From Candidatus Magasanikbacteria bacterium CG1_02_41_34 (GTDB lineage: Bacteria; Patescibacteriota; Patescibacteriia; Magasanikbacterales; UBA922), in the NCBI GenBank assembly GCA_001871445.1, contig MNVD01000011.1, positions 29,382-93,381 on the forward strand: a DNA stretch of 64,000 nt, written 5' to 3'. The notes under the pieces are model-generated. The model did not search any database, was not told where the DNA came from, and saw only the letters and a program-made list of their open reading frames with translations. The position numbers and the translations under genes were made by a program. This document shows, piece by piece, positions 1 through 11,000 of the stretch; the stretch's first letter is position 1; each line of letters begins with the position of its first letter.

Positions 1-1710
1 AATGCCAGTAGTGTCGACAGTACAATGAGAAAAAAACTTATCTCAAATATACATGAGTCTATGTATTTGTATGATACGACTGGAAAAAAACTTACGTACT
101 GGCCAGGGACATATTTACTAAATATGACGAGTGCATCTGTTCGAGATACTATAAGTGATTTTGTTGCACAAGACATCCTTTCTTCTGGATTGTGGGACGG
201 GGTATTTTATGACAATGCATGGGGATCACTTGATTGGGCAATTCCTGGTGGAAATGTGGATTTTGATAGAAATGGAACGAATGATTTGCCTGGATCTGGT
301 AATGCCGTATGGACAGAGGCAACAAGGCACTTATATCAGGAAACAAGAAAAAAAATTGGGAAAGATGCAATCATGGTTGGCAACGGGTGGACAGATATCT
401 ACGCAGATGTGCTCGATGGTATGATGATCGAGGGATTTGATGAAGGAAATTGGACACAGCACATGACATTGTATAGAAACAACCATAGACCAGGAGGGTC
501 TTACAATATTATCAATGTGAATACAGAGAATACAGGATTATCAGCTGATTATAGAGCTATGCGTTTTGGATTGACGAGTTCTTTACTTGAAGATGGGTAT
601 TATTCTTTTGATTTTGGAAATCAAAATCATGGTCAGACGTGGGCATATGATGAGTATGCTGTGCATCTTGGTAATGCCACAGGTATTGCTTCTTCTGATT
701 CTGGAGTAGTAACGTACAATCCTGATGTGTGGAGGAGAGAATATGAACAAGGCATATCGGTAGTGAATAGTACGGGGCAAACAAAACAAATAGACCTTGG
801 TGGAGAATATGAAAAAATTCATGGCATCCAAGACCTTGTTGCCAATGATGGCTCTATTATTTCTGAGCTGACATTAGACGGATATGATGGTCGTGTGTTG
901 CTCAAAACCTTTGATAGTCTTGATGACGTGTTATTCCCCAATGGAGCATTTCTTCGTTTTTTTCGAAATGATGGATCTCGTGTAAGAAATGGTTTTTTTG
1001 TATTTGAAGATGGCTATAAGGGGGGGGATCAAGTAGCACATATTGATCTGAATGGCGATGGATTGAGAGATTTGTTTGTCGTTGCTGGAAATAAAATTCT
1101 TGCCTGGCGACACGATGGTCAACCATACATCAATCCACTGTACCCATACACGGCGAATTACAAAGGTGCACTTCGTGTCATGATAGGCGATATAAACAAT
1201 GATAACAATATGGAAGTATATGTTGCACCAGAATCAGGTTACCCTGCACCAATCAAAGTATATACACGATATGGATTTCCATTGCGTCAAGATTGGTTTC
1301 CGTTTGGTGAGACGTACAATGGAGGATATACCTTGGCACTCGCAGGATCGTCTCCTGTAGAAACAAAACATATTTTACTTGGTAGTGGTACCGGAGTGGA
1401 GCCTCGTGTTGGCATCTATACATGGGATTATAAATTTTTAAACAGCTGGCTTGCATTTGAAAAGTCATTTACCGGAGGGGTCAACGTTGCTGCTGGAGAT
1501 GTTAATGGAGATGATATTGATGAAGTGGTTGTCGGAGCTGGGAAGGGAAAAGGACCTCTTATCAGAGTGTTTAACGAAAATGGTATTCAACAAGGAGAGG
1601 ACATCTCTGCCTATGCATCAGTGGAGAAAACAGGTATTGACGTCCGTGTTCAGGATGTTGATTTTGATGGGAATGCTGATATTATTGGAATGAGCAATGA
1701 TGGATTTTAG
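1..1710 (+). CDS. Secreted/surface protein, 5'-truncated (frame open to the window edge). The N-terminal part may be a glycoside-hydrolase-like domain. The C-terminal part carries FG-GAP/VCBS-type Ca-binding repeats.
   Basis: The frame is open from nt 1 to the stop at 1708-1710. Repeated 'D-x-D/N-x-D-G' motifs are present: 'DLNGDGLRDLFVV', 'GDINNDNNMEVYV', 'GDVNGDDIDEVVVGAG', 'DVDFDGNADIIG'. The N-terminal half contains 'WDGVFYDNAWGS...MVGNGW...MMIEGFDEGNW', which resembles a TIM-barrel hydrolase-like domain. The family assignment of the N-terminal domain is uncertain. Confidence 0.5.
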   Translation, partial: NASSVDSTMRKKLISNIHESMYLYDTTGKKLTYWPGTYLLNMTSASVRDTISDFVAQDILSSGLWDGVFYDNAWGSLDWAIPGGNVDFDRNGTNDLPGSGNAVWTEATRHLYQETRKKIGKDAIMVGNGWTDIYADVLDGMMIEGFDEGNWTQHMTLYRNNHRPGGSYNIINVNTENTGLSADYRAMRFGLTSSLLEDGYYSFDFGNQNHGQTWAYDEYAVHLGNATGIASSDSGVVTYNPDVWRREYEQGISVVNSTGQTKQIDLGGEYEKIHGIQDLVANDGSIISELTLDGYDGRVLLKTFDSLDDVLFPNGAFLRFFRNDGSRVRNGFFVFEDGYKGGDQVAHIDLNGDGLRDLFVVAGNKILAWRHDGQPYINPLYPYTANYKGALRVMIGDINNDNNMEVYVAPESGYPAPIKVYTRYGFPLRQDWFPFGETYNGGYTLALAGSSPVETKHILLGSGTGVEPRVGIYTWDYKFLNSWLAFEKSFTGGVNVAAGDVNGDDIDEVVVGAGKGKGPLIRVFNENGIQQGEDISAYASVEKTGIDVRVQDVDFDGNADIIGMSNDGF

Positions 1711-1730
1711 TGACAACACATAGGACGCAT

Positions 1731-1764
1731 AAAAAAACACCGTTTGATTACGGTGTTTTTTTTG
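1731..1764. terminator. Rho-independent-type hairpin between convergent genes
   Basis: An A-run precedes the stem 'acaccgt' (1737-1743). The loop is 'ttgatt' and the second arm is 'acggtgt' (1750-1756). An 8-T run follows. The element lies between the + gene ending at 1710 and the - gene ending at 1775. Confidence 0.6.
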
Positions 1765-1774
1765 TTATGTTATT

Positions 1775-2986
1775 TTATGCATTATTGTGTGCTGTTTTTA
1801 CCTGATGTTTAGCCGTAGGTTTGATATGTGTTGCATATGCTGATTCGTACAAGTTTACAAGCATTTCGGTACTATGTTTCCAATCATAATTTTTGGTGAC
1901 ATATATTTTATTTGCCTGTCCAATGGCATCTTGTTCTTGTTGTGACAAATTCAAAAATTCAAGAATTTTTTCTTCGAGTGCATCAGGATCATTTTCTCTG
2001 AAGAGCATGTGTGGATTTTGGATGAGCTGTATGTGCTCTGGAATGGCAGAAACCAATGTTGGTTTTCCATATCCCATTGCCTCAAGAACAGCCAAGGGCA
2101 TCCCCTCTGTAATTGATGGATGTATAAAGCCAAGTGAGCCTCTAAACAAATCTTCGAGTGCACCACCAGACTGAAAGTCTGTAAAAATAATATCACTACA
2201 GGCACTCGCTTGCTTGTGAAGAGAGGCAACATAGGTATTTGTATATACAGAACCACCAACAATAACAAGTTTTAATGTTCGTACAATGTCGTTTTCTTTG
2301 TGAGACTCTTTGAGATGCACAAAAGCATCGATCAATATATGGCTGGCCTTTGCAGGAATAAGCCTGCTCACAAGAAGTAGATAGTTATTTTTTTCAAGAT
2401 TAAATTCATCTAAGATGGTTGTTTTTGTATGATATGGTACAGTGGCATCTTCATCGTGTATTGTTGTCCCATTTGGTATATAATGTGTTTTTGCCTTAAA
2501 TTCTTTTCTACAATAGGATTCCAATGCTGGTGCAATAACGATTGTTTCATGAGGAAATATATGAGAGAATCGCTCTCCAAGACGAAGCATCGTGCGGGCA
2601 AACCATCCCCATTTTTCGTGGTATCTATCGATAGAGTGAAACGTACTCACAATAAGCGTTTTTGGTGAAAATACTCGTGGAATCCATGACAAAAGAGAAG
2701 GCCCAACCCCGTGGTAGTGAATAATATCTACCTTTTTGAAGATAGCATGAAATGTTGAAAGAAAGGTGTGGACAATAGCATCAAGGTGCTTTGTACGGAT
2801 CGTAGGGACCGTTGTAATCGTTATACCATTCACGTTGCCATGCTGCTTGCCTCCATACCATTCACGATTGTATACCGTGACTGTATGCCCATAACGAACA
2901 AGACGTTCACTGATTTCAGCGACGTGTCGTTCCACCCCACCGTAGTGAGCTGGATAGCCTTTTTGTCCGATCATTGCAATCTTCAT
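1775..2986 (-). CDS. GT4-family glycosyltransferase (GT-B fold)
   Basis: The N-terminus 'MKIAMIGQKGYPAHYGGVERHV' is typical of GT4. The C-terminal motif is 'EGMPLAVLEAMGYGKPTLVSAI' (E-x7-E). An alternative in-frame ATG lies at 3049, giving 21 extra residues. ATG 2986 is preferred. Confidence 0.75.
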   Translation of the reverse strand: MKIAMIGQKGYPAHYGGVERHVAEISERLVRYGHTVTVYNREWYGGKQHGNVNGITITTVPTIRTKHLDAIVHTFLSTFHAIFKKVDIIHYHGVGPSLLSWIPRVFSPKTLIVSTFHSIDRYHEKWGWFARTMLRLGERFSHIFPHETIVIAPALESYCRKEFKAKTHYIPNGTTIHDEDATVPYHTKTTILDEFNLEKNNYLLLVSRLIPAKASHILIDAFVHLKESHKENDIVRTLKLVIVGGSVYTNTYVASLHKQASACSDIIFTDFQSGGALEDLFRGSLGFIHPSITEGMPLAVLEAMGYGKPTLVSAIPEHIQLIQNPHMLFRENDPDALEEKILEFLNLSQQEQDAIGQANKIYVTKNYDWKHSTEMLVNLYESAYATHIKPTAKHQVKTAHNNA

Positions 2987-3101
2987 ATGTTCGTGTTCAC
3001 CTTTTGAGGATAATACAAATTTGCCTAAATTAACAGAAAAATATACCATATGTTCGTGTGTTTGTCAAGTGTGTTGATGCGTTGGTAAAGATAATTAAAA
3101 A

Positions 3102-3125
3102 AGCGCTCTATAGAGCGCTTTTTTA
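3102..3125. terminator. Palindromic hairpin with flanking A-run and T-run. It lies downstream of the minus-strand gene 3139..4932.
   Basis: Sequence 'aaaaaagcgctctatagagcgcttttttaa'. It contains the perfect palindrome gcgctcta|tagagcgc, flanked by an A-run and a T-run. Confidence 0.6.
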
Positions 3126-3138
3126 ATAGATTTTCTTG

Positions 3139-4932
3139 CTACTGTACCCGTACACCTTTTGATTGTCCTATGGAGTCACTAACAAGTGATGCTGATACCG
3201 ATCCGTAGGATGTTGTGAGTGTGTTGTCTATATACGGATCTCTGGCAGATACCGTTGCTCCTGAGGTCAATGCAGGAATTGTCCCTATGGCAGAAGCACT
3301 TGGTGTTACTGCAATTTCAAAATATATACCAACGGTTTCATAGGGATTCATCGTTCTTGCATACCAGGTTGCTTTTCCTGTTGTAGGATTGAACGTAATA
3401 TCGCCGCCACGACTGACGCTTGATTTTCCAGTCCACACAGCTCCTGTGGCAAGTGTTGTTGAAAAGGATATGTCTTCTAGTTCACCTACGGTATTATGTA
3501 TCTGTGTAAAAATCCAATACGTTGTTTCTTCCCCGACCTGTGGTGGCAGTGAACCTCGTCCGAGCTGATCTCCTTCGTCCGTATAATAGCGTGATGATTG
3601 GCTGAGTGATAGTGTTGTTCCTACTGGAAGTGGTGGTGTTTCTGTCAGTGTATGATACGTGTAGGCAGGAAGAGAAAATATATTAGCATCAAATGAGATC
3701 GATGGCGCAAATACTGCTCCTTGTGTTGCCTGGATTACGTTTGTTGCATTGACGAGTGTGTTGATGGTCACAGGAATTGTTTCTCCTGGCTGCAACATAC
3801 TTTTTTTCAAGTTTACTGTTTTTCCAAGCACGGTCACACGTGAATGTTCGAGTGGAGTATTTCCTGTATTTTCAACACGAAGTGTCAAGAGTATGTTGTC
3901 ACCGAGTGTGACATAGGTATTATCCCAAGATGCCGAAATTTTCACTTGTGGTGTTGCAAGCGGAAGGGTAAAAGGGTGTTGTACTTCTGGCAGTGGATAT
4001 TCCACTGTCGGTACAGATATCCATGGTACAAATGACCAAGGAAAATTTGAGGGACCTGTCGGTGGTGAGATATGAATAGTACCCGATAGCGTTGCTTTGT
4101 CATGAGAATTGAGATTTGATATGTACCACTTTCCTTCGTCAAAATCAATGCTTCCAATCGAAGACGTTGCCGTATCCCATGTGGCATACCCATGATCTTC
4201 TTGTATATCAATATAAAAATCTGGAAATACAAAGTCCTGCTGATTTGTTACCGTGAGTGAAACAGGAATAGATGTGTTTGCAATATATTGCGGTGGTCCA
4301 TCAAATGAAATATTGAGACTTTGTTCACGAGTCGTGAGATACAACCGACGTACATCAGATTCAGGTGTTTGTTTCCCCTCCTGTGTATAAAGAAGCATGG
4401 TATTGAAAGACTGATGTTCTCCTGGAGAGCTAAACAGTTGTCCTGAAATAGTAACCTTTCCTACTTCACCTGGTGGCAGTGATGCCACAGCAATACGAAT
4501 TGTGTTGTCTTTTTCGAGTATATATGGCTCAGTTGATGAGGTTATAATGAATCCTCTATATGTATGAAGAATAAGTTCTGGTTGTATGAGTGTGACATTG
4601 CTTTCATTTGTATACGTGATACGAAGCAAAACTTCGTCACCACTGCGAAAACGTTCTTGTGTGACCTCTGCTGTCACATCGAGATGCACGAGTGCAGTGA
4701 TTGTAGGGTCATAGAGCCACCAAAACATGGTTGCAACAAAAAGCACAATTGTTGATAGCGTGAGGAGCATGTCAAACACAAATAATTTTTTCGCATGAGA
4801 AAATTTGAGGTGATACTGCGTTTTGTATCTCATCTCCGCATGGTGAATAGGGGAGAGGAGGAGAGCCGCAAACCACTTGTGAGGATTGTGTTTGAATTGG
4901 TGAAAAGTGAAGTGTTGCTCGTAAAATTTCAT
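3139..4932 (-). CDS. Membrane-anchored protein with CARDB/DUF11-like repeats ('conserved repeat domain'). Function unknown.
   Basis: N-terminal TM helix 'LLTLSTIVLFVATMFWWLY'. Repeated beta-sandwich-like segments such as 'LTLRVENTGNTPLEHSRVTVLGKTV...PGETIPVTINT' and 'LRITYTNESNVTLIQPELILHTY'. The family call comes from the pattern only. Confidence 0.4.
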   Translation of the reverse strand: MKFYEQHFTFHQFKHNPHKWFAALLLSPIHHAEMRYKTQYHLKFSHAKKLFVFDMLLTLSTIVLFVATMFWWLYDPTITALVHLDVTAEVTQERFRSGDEVLLRITYTNESNVTLIQPELILHTYRGFIITSSTEPYILEKDNTIRIAVASLPPGEVGKVTISGQLFSSPGEHQSFNTMLLYTQEGKQTPESDVRRLYLTTREQSLNISFDGPPQYIANTSIPVSLTVTNQQDFVFPDFYIDIQEDHGYATWDTATSSIGSIDFDEGKWYISNLNSHDKATLSGTIHISPPTGPSNFPWSFVPWISVPTVEYPLPEVQHPFTLPLATPQVKISASWDNTYVTLGDNILLTLRVENTGNTPLEHSRVTVLGKTVNLKKSMLQPGETIPVTINTLVNATNVIQATQGAVFAPSISFDANIFSLPAYTYHTLTETPPLPVGTTLSLSQSSRYYTDEGDQLGRGSLPPQVGEETTYWIFTQIHNTVGELEDISFSTTLATGAVWTGKSSVSRGGDITFNPTTGKATWYARTMNPYETVGIYFEIAVTPSASAIGTIPALTSGATVSARDPYIDNTLTTSYGSVSASLVSDSIGQSKGVRVQ

Positions 4933-5024
4933 ATGGTGATAGTATACGTCTTTTCTGGATGCATTGGAAGAATACGCAACTCAATCTTCTTAAAACAAAA
5001 AATCGGCTTTCACCGATTCTTTGT

Positions 5025-5363
5025 TTATGAAGTTACCTCTTGAGTTTCATCCTCTTTGTTTTTGTGTAATCTCTTTGCTGACTTCTTGCTGGGAGAGTAA
5101 AGGGTATTCTTAATTTTCCACTTATCCACATACTGTCCAATGCCTTTTGTATTCGATTTATTTCGAACGGTCGTCTTCTGTTGTGACCACTTTACTAGAC
5201 TTTCGAAGTTGATCTTGTATCTTCCTGCTACCACTACATAGGTCACTTCTTGGCTTTTGATTGCTCGTCGTATAGTCTGAGGGTTCACCCCAAAGAGGCG
5301 AGCTGCCTCGGATATAGATACTCGAACAATTTCTTGACCTTCGTTTTGAATGATTTCAGGCAT
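5025..5363 (-). CDS. Small excisionase-family (MerR-like) HTH DNA-binding protein
   Basis: Motif 'VSISEAARLFGVNPQTIRRAIKSQEVTYVVVAGRYKINFESLVKW', followed by a basic C-terminal tail. The ATG at 5363 is preferred over the ORF-track TTG at 5387. Confidence 0.55.
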   Translation of the reverse strand: MPEIIQNEGQEIVRVSISEAARLFGVNPQTIRRAIKSQEVTYVVVAGRYKINFESLVKWSQQKTTVRNKSNTKGIGQYVDKWKIKNTLYSPSKKSAKRLHKNKEDETQEVTS

Positions 5364-5803
5364 ATTTGTGTATGTTTTTGTATACAAAATGTATCATAAA
5401 ACCACTTTTTTGTCAAGAGCGTTATCTTTCTTTTTTATTTAAATAGTATACTAGTATATACAAAAACTGCATCTGTAGTACTGTGCGTAGAATAATATTG
5501 AGCAAAGTATACAATAATATATACAAATAGGTACAACAATGTAGAGTTTCCTTTTGTGAATATATGTATATTGTACGACGCATATTAGACGGTTGGTACG
5601 TATATGAGTCAAATTATAACGTAGTTTATTAGCATTGTTGACATTTTTTGTACACTTTTGACATTCAACCTATAAACAATTGCACTATTACACCTCGTAA
5701 GTATGGATTTTTTTAGGTATATCTGCTATACTGCTCTCGTTTCCGGTTGAAATGGATGGACAAAGGAACTGTAACGTTTTCTTATCTTTCACGTCTTCTA
5801 TTT

Positions 5804-6361
5804 ATGAAGAAGGTTAAAAGCCGAATCATTGTACAACGCATACAGAAAGGAAAGGATAGTAATGCTTTCGCAGAGCTATATGACGCGTATGTAGAAAAGA
5901 TGTATCGGTTCATTTCATTTAAAGTGGGCAATCGCCATGTTGCTGAGGATCTGACTAGTGAGTTGTTTCTCAAACTTTGGGAATATCTGACTACCGGAAA
6001 GCAGGTGGACATACAGAGTCTCAACGGACTCGTGTATAGAATGGCGAGAAACCTAGTTATCGATTATTATCGAAAACATGCAGCAGTACAGGAATGTGCG
6101 GTTGAAGATATTTTGCATATATCCGATGGTGTAGATATTGCCGAGCGAGTACATCTTGATATCGAAGTTACAAGTATCCTTTCTCATGTACGAGATTTGA
6201 AACAAGAATATCAGGAGGTTATTCTCCTCAGGTACATTGAAGAACTTTCTATCAAAGAAATTGCAGAAGTGATGAAAAAAAAACGTGGAGCTGTCCGAGT
6301 TACATTGCATCGAGCGACAAAAACACTTCAAGATATACTCATAGATCATCCTTCATCGTAA
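5804..6361 (+). CDS. ECF-type sigma-70 family RNA polymerase sigma factor
   Basis: Region 2 reads 'FAELYDAYVEKMYRFISFKVGNRHVAEDLTSELFLKLWEYL'. Region 4 HTH reads 'ILLRYIEELSIKEIAEVMKKKRGAVRVTLHRATKTLQ'. The ORF-track start (5747) is a TTG. The in-frame ATG at 5804 gives a typical length of about 185 aa. Confidence 0.8.
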   Translation: MKKVKSRIIVQRIQKGKDSNAFAELYDAYVEKMYRFISFKVGNRHVAEDLTSELFLKLWEYLTTGKQVDIQSLNGLVYRMARNLVIDYYRKHAAVQECAVEDILHISDGVDIAERVHLDIEVTSILSHVRDLKQEYQEVILLRYIEELSIKEIAEVMKKKRGAVRVTLHRATKTLQDILIDHPSS

Positions 6362-6371
6362 TACTCATTTT

Positions 6372-7718
6372 GTGTCAAGAATACTCAAAGCACAACTCAA
6401 AAAAGTAAAAAACCTTGAAGGACGTATCAATCCTGACCAGGCTTGGGTTGCGCGTACAAAAACATCATTACTCCAAACAATTGCTTCTGAGACTATAGTA
6501 GCTACAACACCTGTCCGTGCAATGGTAGGAAAAAAACGAGCAGAACAGATGCTTCAAGGGTTTCAAGCTTTTTTCCCAAAAAATATTTTTTCACAAGCAA
6601 GACCAGTATTTATTTCATTGCTGGTTTTTTTGCTTGCTGGGAGTGGGTGGATTGCAAGCGCAAGTGCATCAGAAAGTCTTCCTGGTGACACGTTATGGCA
6701 AGTAAAATTGGCATCAGAAAAAACACAGATTGTTCTTGCAAGCATTACCGGTAATGATAAAAAGAACGTTGCTCTCCAGCTCAAATTTGCAGCACGACGA
6801 GCTGACGAGATCAAGATTGTTACTGGCGAAGAAAAATTTGCACCTGAAGAAAAAGCAAAGCGTGCAGGAGAGGGACTCAAGCAGTTGCAAGAAAACATTG
6901 CTTCTGTAGATACTGCTGTTCATTCTGATGAACAAAAAGAAGATATTAGTAAAGGCGCAAAAGAACTCAATGAGAGTACGGCACAAATCAGTGCTACATT
7001 AAAAGAAGTTGCAAGTACAGTGCAGGATGGTGATGCAGATGCCACACTTACCAAACAAGTCGCCGCAGCACAGCAAGCTGTCGATGAAGTGGGTATCAAT
7101 GCTGTGAAGGTCGCCGTAGAAGGTGCGCAAAATGATGTAGAGCGCACTGCTGCTCAAGTGTTGGTAGAAGAAAAAATAGTCTCAGTGCTCTCTGATGCTG
7201 ATGGTGCGTTGTCCAAAAATGCAGAAGCAAAGGCGCTCATCGAGAATGTAGATGTATCTGAAGGAACTGACGCTACTCACGTTTCTTCTACGATTGCGTT
7301 GAATGACGCACAAGCATCGAGTACTACTGTTACAACAGTAACGAGTGTTTTCGGCACAACAAGTACTGTTAAAGGAATTTCTACTGAAGGAGATGGTGTA
7401 GTTCCTTCACAGACAACAAAACAAATGGTTACTGCCATCCTGGAGCAAGCAGACAAAACGTCTGAGGCAGTGCAAGCGCAAGTTGATCAAATAAAGCAGC
7501 TTATTTCAAACAATGATTTGACTGGGGCACTCGAAAAAGCAAAAGAATTGAAACGAACAACTGTTGTTTCCACACTTCAGACATTGGAAATAAACAAAAC
7601 TGTAGAGCAAGTGACGAATGCTACGCAAACAAAAACATCTGTTGTTCCAAGTAGTAGTGTCACACCACAAAAAACAATTCTTGTACCGATAATATCTACA
7701 AGTACTAGTAAGATCTAG
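6372..7718 (+). CDS. Putative anti-sigma factor or sigma-associated membrane protein. It has a DUF5667-like extracytoplasmic domain and a coiled-coil region rich in Ala, Thr and Ser.
   Basis: A GTG start lies 11 nt after the sigma stop, which suggests translational coupling. There is a short cytoplasmic N-terminus and then a TM helix, 'PVFISLLVFLLAGSGWIASASA'. The segment 'LPGDTLWQVKLASEKTQIVLASITG' resembles DUF5667. A long Ala/Glu/Lys coiled-coil region follows, then a Thr/Ser-rich tail. Confidence 0.45.
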   Translation: MSRILKAQLKKVKNLEGRINPDQAWVARTKTSLLQTIASETIVATTPVRAMVGKKRAEQMLQGFQAFFPKNIFSQARPVFISLLVFLLAGSGWIASASASESLPGDTLWQVKLASEKTQIVLASITGNDKKNVALQLKFAARRADEIKIVTGEEKFAPEEKAKRAGEGLKQLQENIASVDTAVHSDEQKEDISKGAKELNESTAQISATLKEVASTVQDGDADATLTKQVAAAQQAVDEVGINAVKVAVEGAQNDVERTAAQVLVEEKIVSVLSDADGALSKNAEAKALIENVDVSEGTDATHVSSTIALNDAQASSTTVTTVTSVFGTTSTVKGISTEGDGVVPSQTTKQMVTAILEQADKTSEAVQAQVDQIKQLISNNDLTGALEKAKELKRTTVVSTLQTLEINKTVEQVTNATQTKTSVVPSSSVTPQKTILVPIISTSTSKI

Positions 7719-8052
7719 TAACGCACCATGTGTGTACGTGTGTGTTGCTCTAAGATGAAGAGGGGCAGTACACACGTGTACGATATGTGCACGGACGTTA
7801 ATTCAACTTATGACGTGTTACTGTATGGCTTTTCCTTCGACCTCTGGTCGGGGGAGGCTGCCATACAGTAGGCACCTTCTTGATTTGTTCACCCATATTG
7901 GGTGAGATCAAGAACCCATAATACAAAGGTCGAGTCTTCCCAGGCGTATCATGGCATGTACTCTGGGTACATAACACTTCATCTTTATTGACCGTCCTTG
8001 CTATCGCTATGGATGAGCGCAACAAAGGTGGAGCATATATATAAATATTATT

Positions 8053-11000
8053 ATGACTGATGTAATTAACCTTACAAAAAAGGCATTTACATGGTCTGTC
8101 GTTGTAATGACGATAGCCTGGAGTATTGGTCTTTCTGCACTCGCAGCACCTCTTGCTGCAAATGCTGCAGATTGTCCTACACTCGAAGCTGGAGATCTTT
8201 TTAAAGTAAAAGGAAACACAGCTGTATATCTCCTCGACGCAGACATGAAACGTTTGTACTTCCCACATTCTGATGTATATCACACATGGTTTAGTGATTT
8301 CTCAGGTGTTGTAGAAATTGATTCTACATGTGTAAGTGCATACCCAAACGCTGTAAACCCATCTGGTGTTGACTACCGACCAGGCTCACGCCTTGTAAAA
8401 GTAGTTATCTCACCTGAAGTATATGCTGTAGGACCTGGCAATATGCGCCATCTCCTCGGTAGTGAAGAAGAAGCCTCATCACTTTATGGTGCTAACTGGG
8501 CTTCTCTTGTTCGTGATGTTCACGACTTCCACTGGCCAAACTATACGACTGGTGCAGAAGTTAATGGACTTATGAATGGTATGCTTGTAAAGCGTGCTGA
8601 TACTTCTGATGTGACTACTGTGTACGTTGTACAAGATGGAAAACTCCATACTGTAGACGGAACACTTCCTGCTTTTGTAAAAGCAGATGTCCGCACTGTA
8701 GCATCAACACTCGTTGACGCTCTTGAATTGAGCGTTGACTCTGTAACAGCTGCTTCACTTACTGCTGACCCTTCACAGGGAAGTGGAAGTGGAACTCCTG
8801 GAACACCCGTAGTAACTGGTGGAAACGTTTCTGTTTCTCTCGCTGCTGAAACTCCAGGATCTACTGATATTCTTTCTGACAGTGGTTCTGATTACAACCA
8901 AGCAAACATTCCTTTCACCGCTGTACGATTTACAGCTGGAAGTGACGCTGTTGTTGTAAAGACAGTCAAGTTCACGCGAACTGGTATTGCTTCAGACTCT
9001 GATCTTGGAAATTTGTATCTTTATGATGGAGACGCTCGACTTGCAGAATATACAAGCTTTAATGCTAAAGTTGTAACATTCTCAAATAGCACTGGTCTCT
9101 TTACTGTCCCTGCAAACAGCAGTAAGACCGTTATGCTCCGTGGTGACCTTGCAAAATCTGCAGTCACTGGTGGCAAAAAGATCGGATTTGAAGTAGCTAG
9201 CTCTGATCATGTTGTGATCAATGGTGGTAGTGTTACTGGATCATTTCCTGTAGCTGGTAGTCAAATGGCTACTGCACAGGTAACTGATCTTGGTGATCTA
9301 TATCTCACTGGATACACAACATTCCCTGCAACGGTAAAAGCTGATGAAGCTGGAAAAGAACTCTGGCGCATGACCTTGAACGCTGCAGAACAAGACATGG
9401 AACTTCGTTACATGAAATTGACCATGATTGGTACAATTTCTACGAGCGATGTTCAAAACTTGAAACTTGAAGTTGGTGGTGCCCAAGTTGGTGCTACTGC
9501 AAACATTTCTGACGACAGAACTGTTATCTTTGATCTTTCAAGTGCTCCTATTGCTGTGAATGCTGGACAAAGTAAGATTGTTGTCCTTCGTGGTGATATG
9601 ATGGGTGGATCTGGACGTGTATTCAAGTTTAGTGTACAACGTCAAAATGATCTCAAAGCATACGACACAGAATATGGTGTCTATGTAAATCCAACTATCA
9701 CAACTGCTGCTACTTCATTTGGAGTTGTAGAGCCAGAAACTGGAAATGGTACTGACGTAGACAGTGGAACACTCACTATTGGTGTTGCTACTGATTCACC
9801 TACCGGAAGCACTGTTGACGGTGGTACAGGTGTCACCCTAGCTAAATTTACCTTTGATGCCTCTGGTGAAAGTGTAAAGGTAACCAGTTTGCCTGTCTAT
9901 TGTACTGGATCTGACAATACTGACATTCTTGCAAATGTAAAAGTTTTGCTTAATGGCTCACAAGTCGGTTCTACGGATGCTGCAATGACATGTTCTGGTG
10001 TTGGTGGAGTAAACAGCTTTACCTTTGGCAACACATTTGTTGTTGACAGAGATACTGATTCTGTTGTAACTATCGTAGCTGATACTACAGATGCTACGAT
10101 CGTAAATGCTGCTACTCTTTCTGTAAGTCTCAATACTGGTGATACTGGTAATGGGCAAGGTCAAACAACATTGACCGGTATCACTACTACAGGATTGACT
10201 GCTCGTACTCTTACGGTACGAAGTGGAGTCGTGACTGTTTCAGAAAACTCAGCATTTGGTGACAAAACAGCTACAAACCCAACTGGTACTGTAAATGCAG
10301 CTGGTGCACGAATTGCATCATTTGTTATTACAGCTGGTTCTGGTGAAGCTGCTGATGTAACACAAATTTCACTTGCTGATGATGCTACGACAGGATTGGC
10401 ATCAAACTACCAAAAGCTCATGTTGATGCATGATGGTGTACAGATTGGTACAACCGTCAATACACTCAACACAACTGCAAGCACTTACTCATTTACTCCA
10501 TCTACTGCTATCCGTATCGCTGCTGGACAACAGTATGTAGTAGATGTCTATGCTGACATCAAGAGTAGTGCTGCTGATGCTGGTGAAGCTGCATATGCAC
10601 CTGTTCGTCTCGCTGCTACTGCAGTTACTGCGACAGGTGTGAACACAACATCAAATATTAGCTCAACAAACAGTGCTACATCTCTTCAGAATGCATATAT
10701 CGCTGCAAGTGGTAACTTGACTGTTGCTATTTCTGGTGATACTGCTGAAGCTGCTCAAATCGTTCTTGGATCTACAGCTGTAGAACTTGGAACATTCGAA
10801 TTGACAGCTGATGCTGCTGAAAGAATCAACGTTACAGATCTCGTTGTATCTGTTTCGTCTACTGCTGGATACCAAGGTACACTCCGAAACCTCCGCCTCT
10901 ATAAGGACGGTGTTGCATTTGGACCAGCCGTGAATCTTCCAACAGGAGCTGCATCTACTGGAACCTACTACAATGCGACCTTCTCTGGTCTTGCATTGAC

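Noticed and set aside
5765-5795. GGAAC…CGTC ECF-type autoregulatory promoter just upstream of the sigma-factor ATG
   Set aside because: The spacer between GGAAC and CGTC is about 22 nt, too long for the usual 16-17. Reported only as unsupported.
5388-5803. Possible small RNA or riboswitch in the 416-bp divergent intergenic region (repeated TTGACAT boxes)
   Set aside because: The region is AT-rich with several −35-like hexamers. No convincing stem-loop architecture or spacing to a −10 could be established by eye. Best regarded as a divergent promoter region only.
7798-8283. 161-aa Cys-rich minus-strand ORF upstream of and overlapping the giant gene start
   Set aside because: It overlaps the signal-peptide coding region of the 8053 gene on the opposite strand and has no recognisable motif. 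Its composition (Cys, Arg and Lys-rich) is typical of antisense artefacts. The region more likely holds the promoter and leader of the giant gene.
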